Assembly: GCA_963666275.2 (NCBI GenBank)
Contig: CAXXOA010000003.1
Span: 317,806 to 381,805 of the forward strand
Reading direction: 5' to 3'
Source: Oceanispirochaeta sp.
GTDB taxonomy: Bacteria > Spirochaetota > Spirochaetia > DSM-2461
Length of the DNA: 64,000 nt
Part shown: positions 18,513-28,155 of the stretch, one piece after another
How positions within the stretch are numbered: position 1 is the stretch's first letter
Layout of the letters: the number at the start of each line of letters is the position of its first letter
Position numbers and translations under genes: made by a program
Notes under the pieces: model-generated
What the model was told of the DNA's origin: nothing
Databases searched by the model: none
Seen by the model: the letters and a program-made list of their open reading frames with translations, nothing else

Positions 18513-19450
18513 CCACCGCACAGACCGCAGGGATCTCCCTGCTTTTCTTCCGTATAATATCCATGCGAAGTCTTGCCGTAGTAACGGCAGCGGCTGTTGT
18601 GACGGGTGCTGTTGCTGCTGTTGATCCAGTAGGGCAGAACCGTTCCGGCTGTTACGGCTGTGGGTGAGAGATTCTGTTCCCTCAGGGGCGCTGAGGACTC
18701 TCCTGCGGGATAAAAATCCCATGTCTCCTTTTCAATGACCGATTCAATTTCCTCTTCCTCCGGATCGGGGAGTCCGGGAAAAAAATCTATTCCTGTGAGA
18801 ATTTCAACATCATCCACTGTCACCGCATAGGAGGAGAGGGGGAATTCCCCTTTTTTATTGGGAAGGACAAATCCGATGCTTTTCTGAACGGACTCATCAT
18901 AGACCAGAATCACCTTATAGAAGTATACGGGAACAGCCACCCCGCTGGTACCGATCCGCGGCAGATCCTCTTTCGTCAGGATGGGCCCCGTTACGATGAA
19001 CAGGCTCCCGTACTGTCGGGCCCAGTCCCGGACCAGCTCCTCCAGGTTTTTCCAGATTCCTCTGTTGAAAGACGGATTCTGGGGGCTCATATTGGAGAGG
19101 TAGAAAGAGTCTGACATAGTCTGCCCTGTGAGTTTCATATCTCCTGCCGGCGCCAGATGGCCCCGGTCGAAACCGGACCCTTTGTAGTCCTCCCCAGAGG
19201 CCGATCCTGTAAGAACAAGAGGATCTTCCCTGAAATTGTCAGTCCGTTCAAATGTCCCCTCTGTTTCGGAGGCTGTCAGTTCATAGGCCACCCAGTCGGC
19301 CTGTTCGTACTCCTCTCTGTAATTCAGGGTATAGGCGCTGTGCCTGATAATCTGATCTCCCTCTCTGGGAAGGGGAATTTCCAGGGACTGACTGAAACCT
19401 GCCGCGGGAAGAGATAAAAGGAGGAACAGAAAGAGGAGTAAACGTCGCAT
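18509..19450 (-). CDS. Secreted DNA/RNA non-specific endonuclease (NucA/EndoG family) with a C-terminal Cys/His domain
   Basis: DRGHLAPA, NMSPQ and FNRGIWKNLE motifs. Signal peptide begins MRRLLLFL. Tail HNSRC...PCGLC. Confidence 0.92.
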   Translation of the reverse strand: MRRLLLFLFLLLSLPAAGFSQSLEIPLPREGDQIIRHSAYTLNYREEYEQADWVAYELTASETEGTFERTDNFREDPLVLTGSASGEDYKGSGFDRGHLAPAGDMKLTGQTMSDSFYLSNMSPQNPSFNRGIWKNLEELVRDWARQYGSLFIVTGPILTKEDLPRIGTSGVAVPVYFYKVILVYDESVQKSIGFVLPNKKGEFPLSSYAVTVDDVEILTGIDFFPGLPDPEEEEIESVIEKETWDFYPAGESSAPLREQNLSPTAVTAGTVLPYWINSSNSTRHNSRCRYYGKTSHGYYTEEKQGDPCGLCGG

Positions 19451-19672
19451 CCGCATATTGTATAAAAAATATATATTTTTTAAAGGTTTTCGAAAAAAAA
19501 TCCATTTTAATCTCTCCTCTCCGGGATGTAAGGTATAAAAGTGCATTGATCGGTGTGTAATGTGTATCCGTGAGAAAAATTGTCCATCCTATTCTGCAAT
19601 TTTCTGAATGGTGAAACGGGCTGTTTCCTCCGGATAATAGAGTTCAGCAGAACAGTACAAAGGAGAGCGATT

Positions 19673-20614
19673 ATGCTTCAGAATTTTGAAAAGACGAATA
19701 AGATGATTGATGAGAAGTTTGAAGCTTTCAAATCAGAAAGGTCTTCAGAGATGAAAAACCCCCTGAAGATCTCCTGGAGTAACTGGGGATTCGGTGTGGA
19801 ACCCCTCAAAACCTCCATGGAAAGGCTGGCCCGGCACGGCCTGGAATACATTGAACTCCACGGAAATCATTACGGACCGGATCTGGGCTATAAAGCGAAG
19901 GATGTGAAAAAACTCCTTTCTGAAATGGATATGAAAGTCAGCGGCGTATGCGGAATGTTTTCGGCGGAGAATGATCTGTCCAGTGTTTCCGCCGTTCACA
20001 GACAGGCGGCCCTGGACTACATAAAAAGGGAAGTGGAGTTTACCGCAGAAGTGGGGGGAACCTATATTCTTGTGGTTCCCGGCGCTGTGGGAAGGAATGC
20101 CGCTTACGATGATATGGAGTATCACAGGAGTATTGAAACCCTGCAGATTGTTGCGGATATTTTCGAGAAACATAATATCAAAGGGGCGATAGAACCGATC
20201 CGTTCTGCGGAAGTATCCTTTGTTCATACAGTCAAAGACGCCCAGCAGTACATAAAGGATTTAGGCTGTCCCGGTGTTTCCTGGATCAACGGGGATGTCT
20301 ATCATATGCAGTCCGAAGAATCTCATATCGCAGGAGCCATCCTCGATGCGGGAGAACAGCTTGTGAATCTCCATATGGCGGACAGTCAGCGGGGAGCCCT
20401 GGGAACGGGATTTCTGGATCTGGACAGGATCATCGAAGCCCTCTATCTGATCGGATATAATAACAGGGACTGCTTTATGAGCCCCGAACCTCTGGGGCCG
20501 GGAGGAGATCCCTATCCGGCCATGTACGGAAAGCCCGAACCGGAAGTCCTGGAAGAGCTTGTGAAAGTCACTGTTGAGACCATCAGAAGCCGAGAGGCTT
20601 TTCTGAAAGCATAG
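19673..20614 (+). CDS. Sugar phosphate isomerase/epimerase (D-psicose/tagatose 3-epimerase-like TIM barrel)
   Basis: IEPIRSAE, DVYHM and HMADSQRG motifs. RBS AAGGAG. Confidence 0.88.
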   Translation: MLQNFEKTNKMIDEKFEAFKSERSSEMKNPLKISWSNWGFGVEPLKTSMERLARHGLEYIELHGNHYGPDLGYKAKDVKKLLSEMDMKVSGVCGMFSAENDLSSVSAVHRQAALDYIKREVEFTAEVGGTYILVVPGAVGRNAAYDDMEYHRSIETLQIVADIFEKHNIKGAIEPIRSAEVSFVHTVKDAQQYIKDLGCPGVSWINGDVYHMQSEESHIAGAILDAGEQLVNLHMADSQRGALGTGFLDLDRIIEALYLIGYNNRDCFMSPEPLGPGGDPYPAMYGKPEPEVLEELVKVTVETIRSREAFLKA

Positions 20615-20629
20615 GAGACACGGGAGAAG

Positions 20630-21544
20630 GTGCAGGCATCTGCTCATAGACCGGAGAATTTTTTCCACTATTTCGACTACTCCCAGGAGGATATGGACTG
20701 GCAGCTCTATGTGACAACCATAGGGCATGTCCATATCCGGCCCGGGGATCCCTATCCCTATGAGTGGGAAAAGCATCCAAAGCCCTATACACACAACTGG
20801 TCCTCCGGGCGGATACTCAGTGAGTTCCAGTTCGTCTATATCGTGGAAGGTTCGGGAATATTCCGGTCCTTCCACGGGGAGTTTTCCGTCAGTGCCGGTA
20901 CAATCCTGGTTCTGGTTCCGGGAGAGCGCTACTGGTACGTACCCGATCAGGATACGGGATGGACCGAGTACTGGATCGGTTTCAACGGGGAAAGCGCCCA
21001 GAGATGGCTGGAGAAGAGGTTTGTTCTGAGAGAGAACAATCTCTTTCATGTGGGATACAACCGCGCCATCATCTCCCTTTTCAATCAGGCTGTGGAATTT
21101 GTAGAGGAGAAGCCGGCAGGGATGCAGCAGCTGATCTCTTCGCTGATTCCCCAGATCCTGGCGAGGCTCAACTCTATTCGGAAAGATACGGGTGCCGGGG
21201 GCGACACGGGGTCTCTCCTGGAACGAGCCAGAATCCTCTTTGATGAAAAGCTTTACGAAAGGTATGATGTGGAAGCAATCACCGCCTCTCTGAAGGTCAG
21301 CTACCGAACTCTTCGCAGCTATTTCAATGAGCAGACAGGACTCTCGCCCTACCACTACTTTCTTCAGATGAAGATCAACAAAGCCAAGGAACTCCTCCTG
21401 CAGGAGGATATGACAGTGAAAACCGTTTCGTTCAGACTGGCTTTTGACAATCCCTACTATTTTTCCCGTCTCTTCAAGAAGAAGACAGGTGTGCCCCCCT
21501 CGAAATGGCATCTGGTTCATGTCAATTATGATCTGGAACTGTAA
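20630..21544 (+). CDS. AraC family transcriptional regulator
   Basis: N-terminal cupin and C-terminal FDNPYYFSRLFKKKTGVPP. GTG start after AGGAGA. Confidence 0.93.
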   Translation: MQASAHRPENFFHYFDYSQEDMDWQLYVTTIGHVHIRPGDPYPYEWEKHPKPYTHNWSSGRILSEFQFVYIVEGSGIFRSFHGEFSVSAGTILVLVPGERYWYVPDQDTGWTEYWIGFNGESAQRWLEKRFVLRENNLFHVGYNRAIISLFNQAVEFVEEKPAGMQQLISSLIPQILARLNSIRKDTGAGGDTGSLLERARILFDEKLYERYDVEAITASLKVSYRTLRSYFNEQTGLSPYHYFLQMKINKAKELLLQEDMTVKTVSFRLAFDNPYYFSRLFKKKTGVPPSKWHLVHVNYDLEL

Positions 21545-21617
21545 GCAGGTTTCTGCCCTTTAACACATTGAGTGTTCTCAGATTGTCCTTTGTCTCTGAA
21601 ACTGATAGTCTGGCAAA

Positions 21618-22523
21618 ATGCATTTACCATTTATCTACAGCCTGCTGATTATACTACTTGTGTACAGCCTGAAAAAAGCGGGGCTTTTCAAGTCCTCCGA
21701 CTATGTTATTTTCTCCCGGGCAGTGATGAATTTCACTTTCCCCGCAGTGATCCTTCTGAATGTCTCCTCCACAGCTCTGTCGGCTGATATGGCTCTGCTG
21801 CCTGTTGTGCCCATCCTTATGGCCCTGGCCGCTTCCGGGCTAGGATTCTTTCTGTTCCGATCCTTCCCCTCTGACACAAGGGGGCTCATGATGCTCAGCA
21901 CCATGGGCCTCAATATCGGTCTCTTCGCCTTTCCCATTATTGAGGGGCTCTTCGGGGCGGAGGGCCTCCGGATTGCAGCGATTATGGATATGGGAAACGC
22001 CCTGACAATTTTCGGATTTTCCTACTTTCTGGGAGCCCATTACTCTCCTCTCCATGCCGGGAACAGAAGGGACGTCCTGAGTTTTATAAAGATCTTTTTG
22101 AAGTCCCCGCCCTTTATGGCCTATATTATTGCGCTGTTTCTCAATATGAACGGGATAGTTCTTCCTGAAATTCTGACAGGCTGGATGGGGATCTTTGCCA
22201 GGGCCAATCAGTTCCTTGTCCTTCTTGTGCTGGGACTTGTGCTGAATTTCGACTGGAAGGACCACGGAGCCAAAGGGGTTTTCACCCTTCTGCTGCTGAG
22301 GTACTTTGTGGCATTCCTTTTTGCTCTGCTTACCTGGTATCTCCTGCCTTTTGACCACATTACAAAAAAAGTCGCCATCATCTGCATGATCCTTCCCGTG
22401 GGATTCCTGGTTGTTCCCTATTCCCATCAGTTCGGCTATGACGAGAAAACCGCCGGGGGAATCATCAATATGTCACTGGTCCTGGGTTTTTTTACCATGT
22501 GGGCCCTTATGGTGATACTGTAG
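21618..22523 (+). CDS. AEC (auxin efflux carrier/malate permease) family transporter
   Basis: About 10 TM segments with NFTFPAVI, NIGLFAFP and SPPFMA. Confidence 0.85.
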   Translation: MHLPFIYSLLIILLVYSLKKAGLFKSSDYVIFSRAVMNFTFPAVILLNVSSTALSADMALLPVVPILMALAASGLGFFLFRSFPSDTRGLMMLSTMGLNIGLFAFPIIEGLFGAEGLRIAAIMDMGNALTIFGFSYFLGAHYSPLHAGNRRDVLSFIKIFLKSPPFMAYIIALFLNMNGIVLPEILTGWMGIFARANQFLVLLVLGLVLNFDWKDHGAKGVFTLLLLRYFVAFLFALLTWYLLPFDHITKKVAIICMILPVGFLVVPYSHQFGYDEKTAGGIINMSLVLGFFTMWALMVIL

Positions 22524-22625
22524 ATCCCGCATCAGAATTTATCCGGCCCTCAGGGAAGTCCTTGTGCCTGAGGCAGAGGGGATTATAATTAGAAGAAGAT
22601 ATTTATTTTCAGGGGAGAGTCATAA

Positions 22626-23753
22626 ATGGGATACGCAGATGCTTACAGAGATTGTGAATGGGTGGATTTCGCCGTACTTGAACGCTTTATGAAAGAGGTT
22701 CTTGTAAAAAGCGGAGTTCCCGAAGAGGATGCCGAAATTGTCAAAGAGGTTCTTATCGAGTCAGACCGGCGCGGTATTGATTCACATGGAATCGGCAGGC
22801 TCAAGCCCATCTATATAAACCGTCTGGATGCGGGAACCCAGGAGCCTGTGACCAGAGTGGATATACTGAAAGAAACGGAAACCACAGCCGTTCTGGATGC
22901 CAACAACGGGATGGGTCATGTCGCTGCGAAACAGGCCATGCAGATGGCCATTGATAAAGCAAAAGACCATGGCATGGGCATGGTGGCTGTGAGGAATTCC
23001 ACCCACTACGGCATAGCCGGGTACTATACCTCCATGGCCACAAAAGAGGGCATGATCGGAATGACAGGCACCAATGCCAGGCCTTCCATCGCCCCCACCT
23101 TCGGCACGGAGAATATGCTGGGAACCAATCCTCTCACCATAGGGCTGCCTACGGATGAAGAGTTCGATTTTATTCTGGACTGTGCCACCTCGGTCTCCCA
23201 GAGAGGGAAAATTGAGGTCTACGGCCGGGCCGGGAAGGACCTTCCTCCCGGATGGGTCATAGGAGAAGACGGAAAAACCCGGACCGATACAGAACAGATC
23301 CTGGTGGATCTTACCAAAGGCAAGGCTGCCCTGGCTCCTCTGGGAGGAATCGGGGATATGACCGGCGGGTACAAGGGATTCGGTTATTCCACGGTGGTGG
23401 AGATTCTTTCGGCGGCCCTTCAGGACGGGAAGTTTCTGAAAGATCTTAACGGTGTCGATCAGGAGGGAAAGAAGAAGCCCATCCTGCTGGGACACTTTTT
23501 CATTGCCATCAATACTGATTTCTTCCTGGGAGAACAGGTTTTCCGCAAAATTGCCGGGACCATCCTCCGGAATCTCAGGGACTCCCGGAAAGCTCCGGGA
23601 GAGGAGAGGATCTATACGGCCGGTGAGAAGGAGTATCTTGCCTGGCAGTACAGAAAGGAACACGGCTGTCCTGTTCCTGTGACCCTGCAGAATCAGATGA
23701 GTGAGCTCCGGGACCGCTGGAACCTGGACTTTCAATTCTCCTGGGATAAATAG
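22626..23753 (+). CDS. Ldh_2 family malate/L-lactate dehydrogenase-like oxidoreductase
   Basis: RGIDSHG, NSTHYG, GTNPL and GGYKG motifs. Confidence 0.92.
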   Translation: MGYADAYRDCEWVDFAVLERFMKEVLVKSGVPEEDAEIVKEVLIESDRRGIDSHGIGRLKPIYINRLDAGTQEPVTRVDILKETETTAVLDANNGMGHVAAKQAMQMAIDKAKDHGMGMVAVRNSTHYGIAGYYTSMATKEGMIGMTGTNARPSIAPTFGTENMLGTNPLTIGLPTDEEFDFILDCATSVSQRGKIEVYGRAGKDLPPGWVIGEDGKTRTDTEQILVDLTKGKAALAPLGGIGDMTGGYKGFGYSTVVEILSAALQDGKFLKDLNGVDQEGKKKPILLGHFFIAINTDFFLGEQVFRKIAGTILRNLRDSRKAPGEERIYTAGEKEYLAWQYRKEHGCPVPVTLQNQMSELRDRWNLDFQFSWDK

Positions 23754-23779
23754 TAGAATAGTCAGACCTTTTTCTTATT

Positions 23780-23944
23780 CCCTCTTCCCCCGGGAGAGGG
23801 CTGGGGAGAAGGACGGGAGTCGGTACACCTCCATTTCAACCTCTCTTTAATCGTGAGAATCCTCCGGTTAATTGATGAAGGGTTTCTCTTTAGTATCTGG
23901 AACTGACCCTCTCCCCCGACCCCTCTCCCAAAGGGAGAGGGGAG
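23780..23944. repeat. Inverted pair of CCCTCTCCC...GGGAGAGGG palindromic (BoxC/REP-like) elements
   Basis: 23780-23812 CCCTCTTCCCCCGGGAGAGGGCTGGGGAGAAGG and 23907-23944 CCCTCTCCCCCGACCCCTCTCCCAAAGGGAGAGGGGAG are near reverse complements of each other. Confidence 0.7.
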
Positions 23945-23968
23945 ATTCGTTGTAATAAGGATAACTAT

Positions 23969-25252
23969 ATGGACGATATGAAGAAAAACGCTCTGGCCTA
24001 TCATGAGCTGGAGGGTAAACCCGGAAAACTGGAAGTAGTGGCTTCCAAACCCTGCAAAACCTCGGATGACCTGACCCTGGCCTATTCGCCGGGAGTGGCT
24101 CATCCGGTGCTTGAAATTGATGAAAACCCCTCTGATGCCTACAGGTATACCAATAAGGGGAATCTGGTGGCTGTTGTCTCCAACGGGACTGCCATCCTGG
24201 GGCTGGGCGACAGGGGGGCTCTGGCGAGTAAACCTGTTATGGAGGGGAAGGGTGTTCTTTTTAAACGCTTTGCCGATATTGATGTGTTTGACATTGAACT
24301 GGATACAAAGGATCCCAAAAAAATAATAGACATTGTCAAAACCATGGAGCCCACCTTCGGAGGTGTGAATCTGGAGGATATCGGAGCACCCGACTGCTTT
24401 GAAATTGAGCAGACCCTGATCGAGGAGTGCAATATCCCTGTCTTCCATGATGATCAGCACGGGACCGCCATTATTGCTACAGCAGGGCTTATGAACGGCG
24501 CGGAAATTCAGGGGAAAAAGCTGGAGGATCTTAAAATCGTTGTAAACGGTGCCGGCGCTGCGGGAATCAGCTGTTCCAAAATGTTCCTGGCCGCGGGTGT
24601 CAGAAAAGAGAACCTCCTTCTGTTGGATTCCAAAGGCGTGATCTACAAAGGACGGACCGAACGTATGACTCCCGAAAAAGTGGAGTTTGCCGCAGACACC
24701 GACAGAAGGACTCTGGCGGATGCTGTTGAGGGTGCCGATGTTTTTATGGGCCTTTCCGTTGCGGACTGTCTGACCGCGGAAATGCTGAAATCCATGGCTC
24801 CCAGGCCTATCATTTTTGCCATGGCCAATCCCAACCCCGAAATTAAGCCCGATCTGGCTCATGCCACCAGGGATGATCTGATCATCGGTACGGGAAGGAG
24901 CGATTATCCCAACCAGGTCAATAATGTTCTGGGATTCCCCTTTATTTTCCGGGGAGCCCTGGATGTGAAGGCCAGAAGAATTTCCGAAGGTATGAAGATG
25001 GCTGCGGCAAAAGCTCTGGCGGAACTGACGAAACAGAGTGTTCCCGATGAAGTCCGAGCGGCCTATGGAAGGGATTTTACCTTTGGTAAAGAGTATGTTG
25101 TTCCCAAACCCTTCGATCCCCGGGTTATTGAGTGGGAAGCCCTGGCTGTGGCGAAAGCCGCCTGTGAAGAAGGCCTGGCTGCAGAGCCCATTACAGACTG
25201 GGACGCCTACAGAGCCTCTCTGAAAAAGAGAATGGAAAAACACTGGAAGTGA
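23969..25252 (+). CDS. NAD(P)-dependent malic enzyme (MaeB-like, lacking the PTA domain)
   Basis: [29 protein letters not shown] and [12 protein letters not shown] motifs. Confidence 0.95.
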   Translation: MDDMKKNALAYHELEGKPGKLEVVASKPCKTSDDLTLAYSPGVAHPVLEIDENPSDAYRYTNKGNLVAVVSNGTAILGLGDRGALASKPVMEGKGVLFKRFADIDVFDIELDTKDPKKIIDIVKTMEPTFGGVNLEDIGAPDCFEIEQTLIEECNIPVFHDDQHGTAIIATAGLMNGAEIQGKKLEDLKIVVNGAGAAGISCSKMFLAAGVRKENLLLLDSKGVIYKGRTERMTPEKVEFAADTDRRTLADAVEGADVFMGLSVADCLTAEMLKSMAPRPIIFAMANPNPEIKPDLAHATRDDLIIGTGRSDYPNQVNNVLGFPFIFRGALDVKARRISEGMKMAAAKALAELTKQSVPDEVRAAYGRDFTFGKEYVVPKPFDPRVIEWEALAVAKAACEEGLAAEPITDWDAYRASLKKRMEKHWK

Positions 25253-25467
25253 TGATCCTCCTTCCCGGCCTCTCTTATGGAGGAGAAGGGGATCTTCTTT
25301 TTTCAGGAATAAATGAAATTGACAAACACCCCTGCGGACGGCAGAGGGTGTTTTTTTAACAGGCATTCTCTTTTCCTGCCCCTGTCAGGTCTGACCATTT
25401 GGTTTTTTATTTGCCAATTCCCGGTTCTGAAGTTAAAATTCACAATGTAAAGACCAAGGAGGCAGCA

Positions 25468-26112
25468 ATGCAGGTAGCTTACAGAATGACGAAAAATCCT
25501 ATTACCATTACTTCTCATACCCCGGTGAACGAAGCCAGAAATATTATGAAGAAAGAAAAGATTCACCGATTGCCTGTTACAGACAAGCACGGACACCTGG
25601 AGGGGATTGTCACGGAAAAGGATATCCTTTATGCCTCTCCCTCTCCTGCCACATCTCTTGATGTCTGGGAAATTTCCAATCTGATGAATAAACTGGAAGT
25701 CCATTCGGTGATGACAAAGAAAATGATCACCATCACGTCCCAGACTCCCATTGAGGATGCCGCCAGGATCATGTCGGATAACAATATCGGAGGACTTCCC
25801 ATTCTGGAGGATGATATTCTGGTGGGAATTATCACGGAATCCGATATTTTCAAGGTTTTTATAGAACTCTTCGGAGCCAGAGAAAAGGGGCTGAGAGTTA
25901 CGATCCTTATGCCAGAGAAACACGGAGAACTGGCAGCTGTTTCCAGCGCTATTGCCAATGCCGGAGGGGACATCGTCTCTTTCGGTAATATGCTGGGGGA
26001 GAATGCCACCAACCGCTATGGGATCTTTAAAGTTCAGAACCTGACGGAGCAGGAGCTCATAGGCTGTATCGAACCCCTTGTGGAACGGATTGTCGATGTA
26101 AGGCAGATGTAA
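25468..26112 (+). CDS. CBS-pair plus ACT domain protein (AcuB-like)
   Basis: Two CBS domains (HRLPV..GIVT; GGLPI..GIITESD) and a C-terminal ACT domain. RBS AAGGAGG. Confidence 0.9.
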   Translation: MQVAYRMTKNPITITSHTPVNEARNIMKKEKIHRLPVTDKHGHLEGIVTEKDILYASPSPATSLDVWEISNLMNKLEVHSVMTKKMITITSQTPIEDAARIMSDNNIGGLPILEDDILVGIITESDIFKVFIELFGAREKGLRVTILMPEKHGELAAVSSAIANAGGDIVSFGNMLGENATNRYGIFKVQNLTEQELIGCIEPLVERIVDVRQM

Positions 26113-26119
26113 ACCCGAC

Positions 26120-26147
26120 GGGAGGCTTTTAAAAGTCTCCCTTTTTT
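26120..26147 (+). terminator. Intrinsic terminator
   Basis: GGGAGGCTTTTAAAAGTCTCCC followed by a T-run. Confidence 0.7.
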
Positions 26148-26553
26148 ATTGACTGGTCCCGATCTCTCTACTGACCCGACTTTTCCTGTCCAGGCCGGCT
26201 GCGCCCCTTTTTTGACCTCTATCAGATTGGAGTTCCTCTGAATAATCTCCTTCCATATAGACGGCTCCAGCACCTCCAGCCTTTTGTGATCAGGTAGTAG
26301 AGATTGCTGTCTGCCAGGCCGGAGATATCCGTATTGAGCTGATAGGCCATTTTGTACTTCCGGGAGCTGCTCAACCGAGTTGGGCACTGCGGTTGAGACT
26401 ATAATCCAGTGACTGCATTGTCTCTGACCGAACCCTTATAAATCTATTTTGCAAAAACTCATTAATAATCCAATGAAATTACCCCATTAATCAGATTGGA
26501 CGGATTGGAATTCTCACGGTATGATAAAAGTCATCAAAAAAGAGGGAATCCCT

Positions 26554-28155
26554 ATGGAAGAGTTATACAAACTGATTCTGGTGGACGATGAAGATGAGGT
26601 CAGGGGCCGTATCTCTTCCAAAATCTCCGAAGACAGCGGTTTTTCCGTCGTGGGGACCGCAGGAAACGGATACGACGCCCTGGAACTGATTGAAAAATAT
26701 TCCCCCCACGTTGTTCTTACAGACATAAAAATGCCATTTATTGACGGGATAGAACTGGCTTCAACCATACGGAGGGATTATCCCACCGTACGGGTGGCCT
26801 TTATCACTGGATACGACGAGTTTGACTATGCCCGGGAAGCCATAGAGCTGAATGTCTACAGCTATCTGACAAAACCGGTTACCCAGGGGGATATTTCCCG
26901 GTTTCTGGACAAGCTGAAAGCGGAACTGGATAAGGAGATCAAGGAAAAGTACAACCTGGAACTTCTGAAAAGCCGGTTCGAGCAGAGCATTCCCCTGATC
27001 ATTGACAACTATTTTACTTCCTATCTTGTTTCTACAACTACCGGCCATGCCGGAGACATCGAAAACCTGAAATCCTACGGAGTTTCCCTGGATGACAGCA
27101 GCTATCTTCTATCCTATATAAAAATGGAACGGGATGATTCCATGCAGGATGTGATGGAATATGAAAAGCGGAAGCTCTCTCTCCGCTCGGTTATCCAGTC
27201 GATCATGGAACGTCACAGCTATGACTACTACAGTTTCCTTTTCAATGACGGGATCATTTTTATTATTAAAGAGAAGGGAAAGCTCTTTCTGAGAGAGGTC
27301 GATCAGGTCTTCTATGAGATGCAGAAAAAGGCGGAACGCTTTCTTTCCGCCAGAATCGATATAGGAATCAGTTCTCTCCACCGGGAATTCCGGCAGCTTC
27401 ACCAGGCCTATGAAGAGGCAGGCAAGGCGCTGGCCTACAGTAAATTCCTCAATGCGGGAAGGATCATCTACATTGATCAGCTGGAGGAGAACCAGCCCAA
27501 AATCCTCAATCTGAGCGAATCGGAAATCCGGAATCTGGAGTATACTGTCAAATTCGGGACAGACAATGAAATCCGCAACCTTATGGAAACTTTCAAGCTC
27601 AATGCCCTGAGGGATAACAAAACCGTTGCCAACTACAGGCCCTACATCATCAACATGCTTCATATTATGGTCAATTACGCAGATTCCATCGGACTTGATC
27701 TGAATACCCTCATAGGAGGGGATGTTCTGGAGGAGATGGTCAAATTCCGGAGTCTGGAACAGATGTTCGACTGGGCCCTTTCTATTTTTCTGAAACTGAG
27801 GGAACTGAATCTGACCACAAAAATGACAAGTTCCCAGAAACTCCTGGATAGAGCCGTCAGGTATATAAATGACAATTTTTCTGATACGACAATTTCCATG
27901 GAAAAGGTTTGTGACGATCTCGGCATCAGTATCTCCTATCTGAGTCTTCTCTTCAAAAAGGAGAGAGAGACGACCTTTGTCAGGTATCTTACAAGCGTAA
28001 GGATGGAGAAAGCCAAGGAGTATCTGAAGCTGACAGGAGATAAAATTATTGATATCGCCGGCAAATGCGGCTATAACGAGGTTTACTACTTCAGTCACAG
28101 TTTTAAAAAATACACAGGCCTCTCGCCCAAAAAATACAGAGAAGAGGTTTCATGA
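26554..28155 (+). CDS. Response regulator with AraC output domain (YesN-like)
   Basis: REC domain (VDDED, TDIKMP) and C-terminal YFSHSFKKYTGLSP. RBS GAGGGA before ATG 26554. Confidence 0.93.
   Translation: MEELYKLILVDDEDEVRGRISSKISEDSGFSVVGTAGNGYDALELIEKYSPHVVLTDIKMPFIDGIELASTIRRDYPTVRVAFITGYDEFDYAREAIELNVYSYLTKPVTQGDISRFLDKLKAELDKEIKEKYNLELLKSRFEQSIPLIIDNYFTSYLVSTTTGHAGDIENLKSYGVSLDDSSYLLSYIKMERDDSMQDVMEYEKRKLSLRSVIQSIMERHSYDYYSFLFNDGIIFIIKEKGKLFLREVDQVFYEMQKKAERFLSARIDIGISSLHREFRQLHQAYEEAGKALAYSKFLNAGRIIYIDQLEENQPKILNLSESEIRNLEYTVKFGTDNEIRNLMETFKLNALRDNKTVANYRPYIINMLHIMVNYADSIGLDLNTLIGGDVLEEMVKFRSLEQMFDWALSIFLKLRELNLTTKMTSSQKLLDRAVRYINDNFSDTTISMEKVCDDLGISISYLSLLFKKERETTFVRYLTSVRMEKAKEYLKLTGDKIIDIAGKCGYNEVYYFSHSFKKYTGLSPKKYREEVS

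Noticed and set aside
26034..26387. 117-aa minus-strand ORF as an intact gene
   Set aside because: It overlaps the CBS-ACT gene end and terminator and has no RBS or motif. At most it is part of a remnant.
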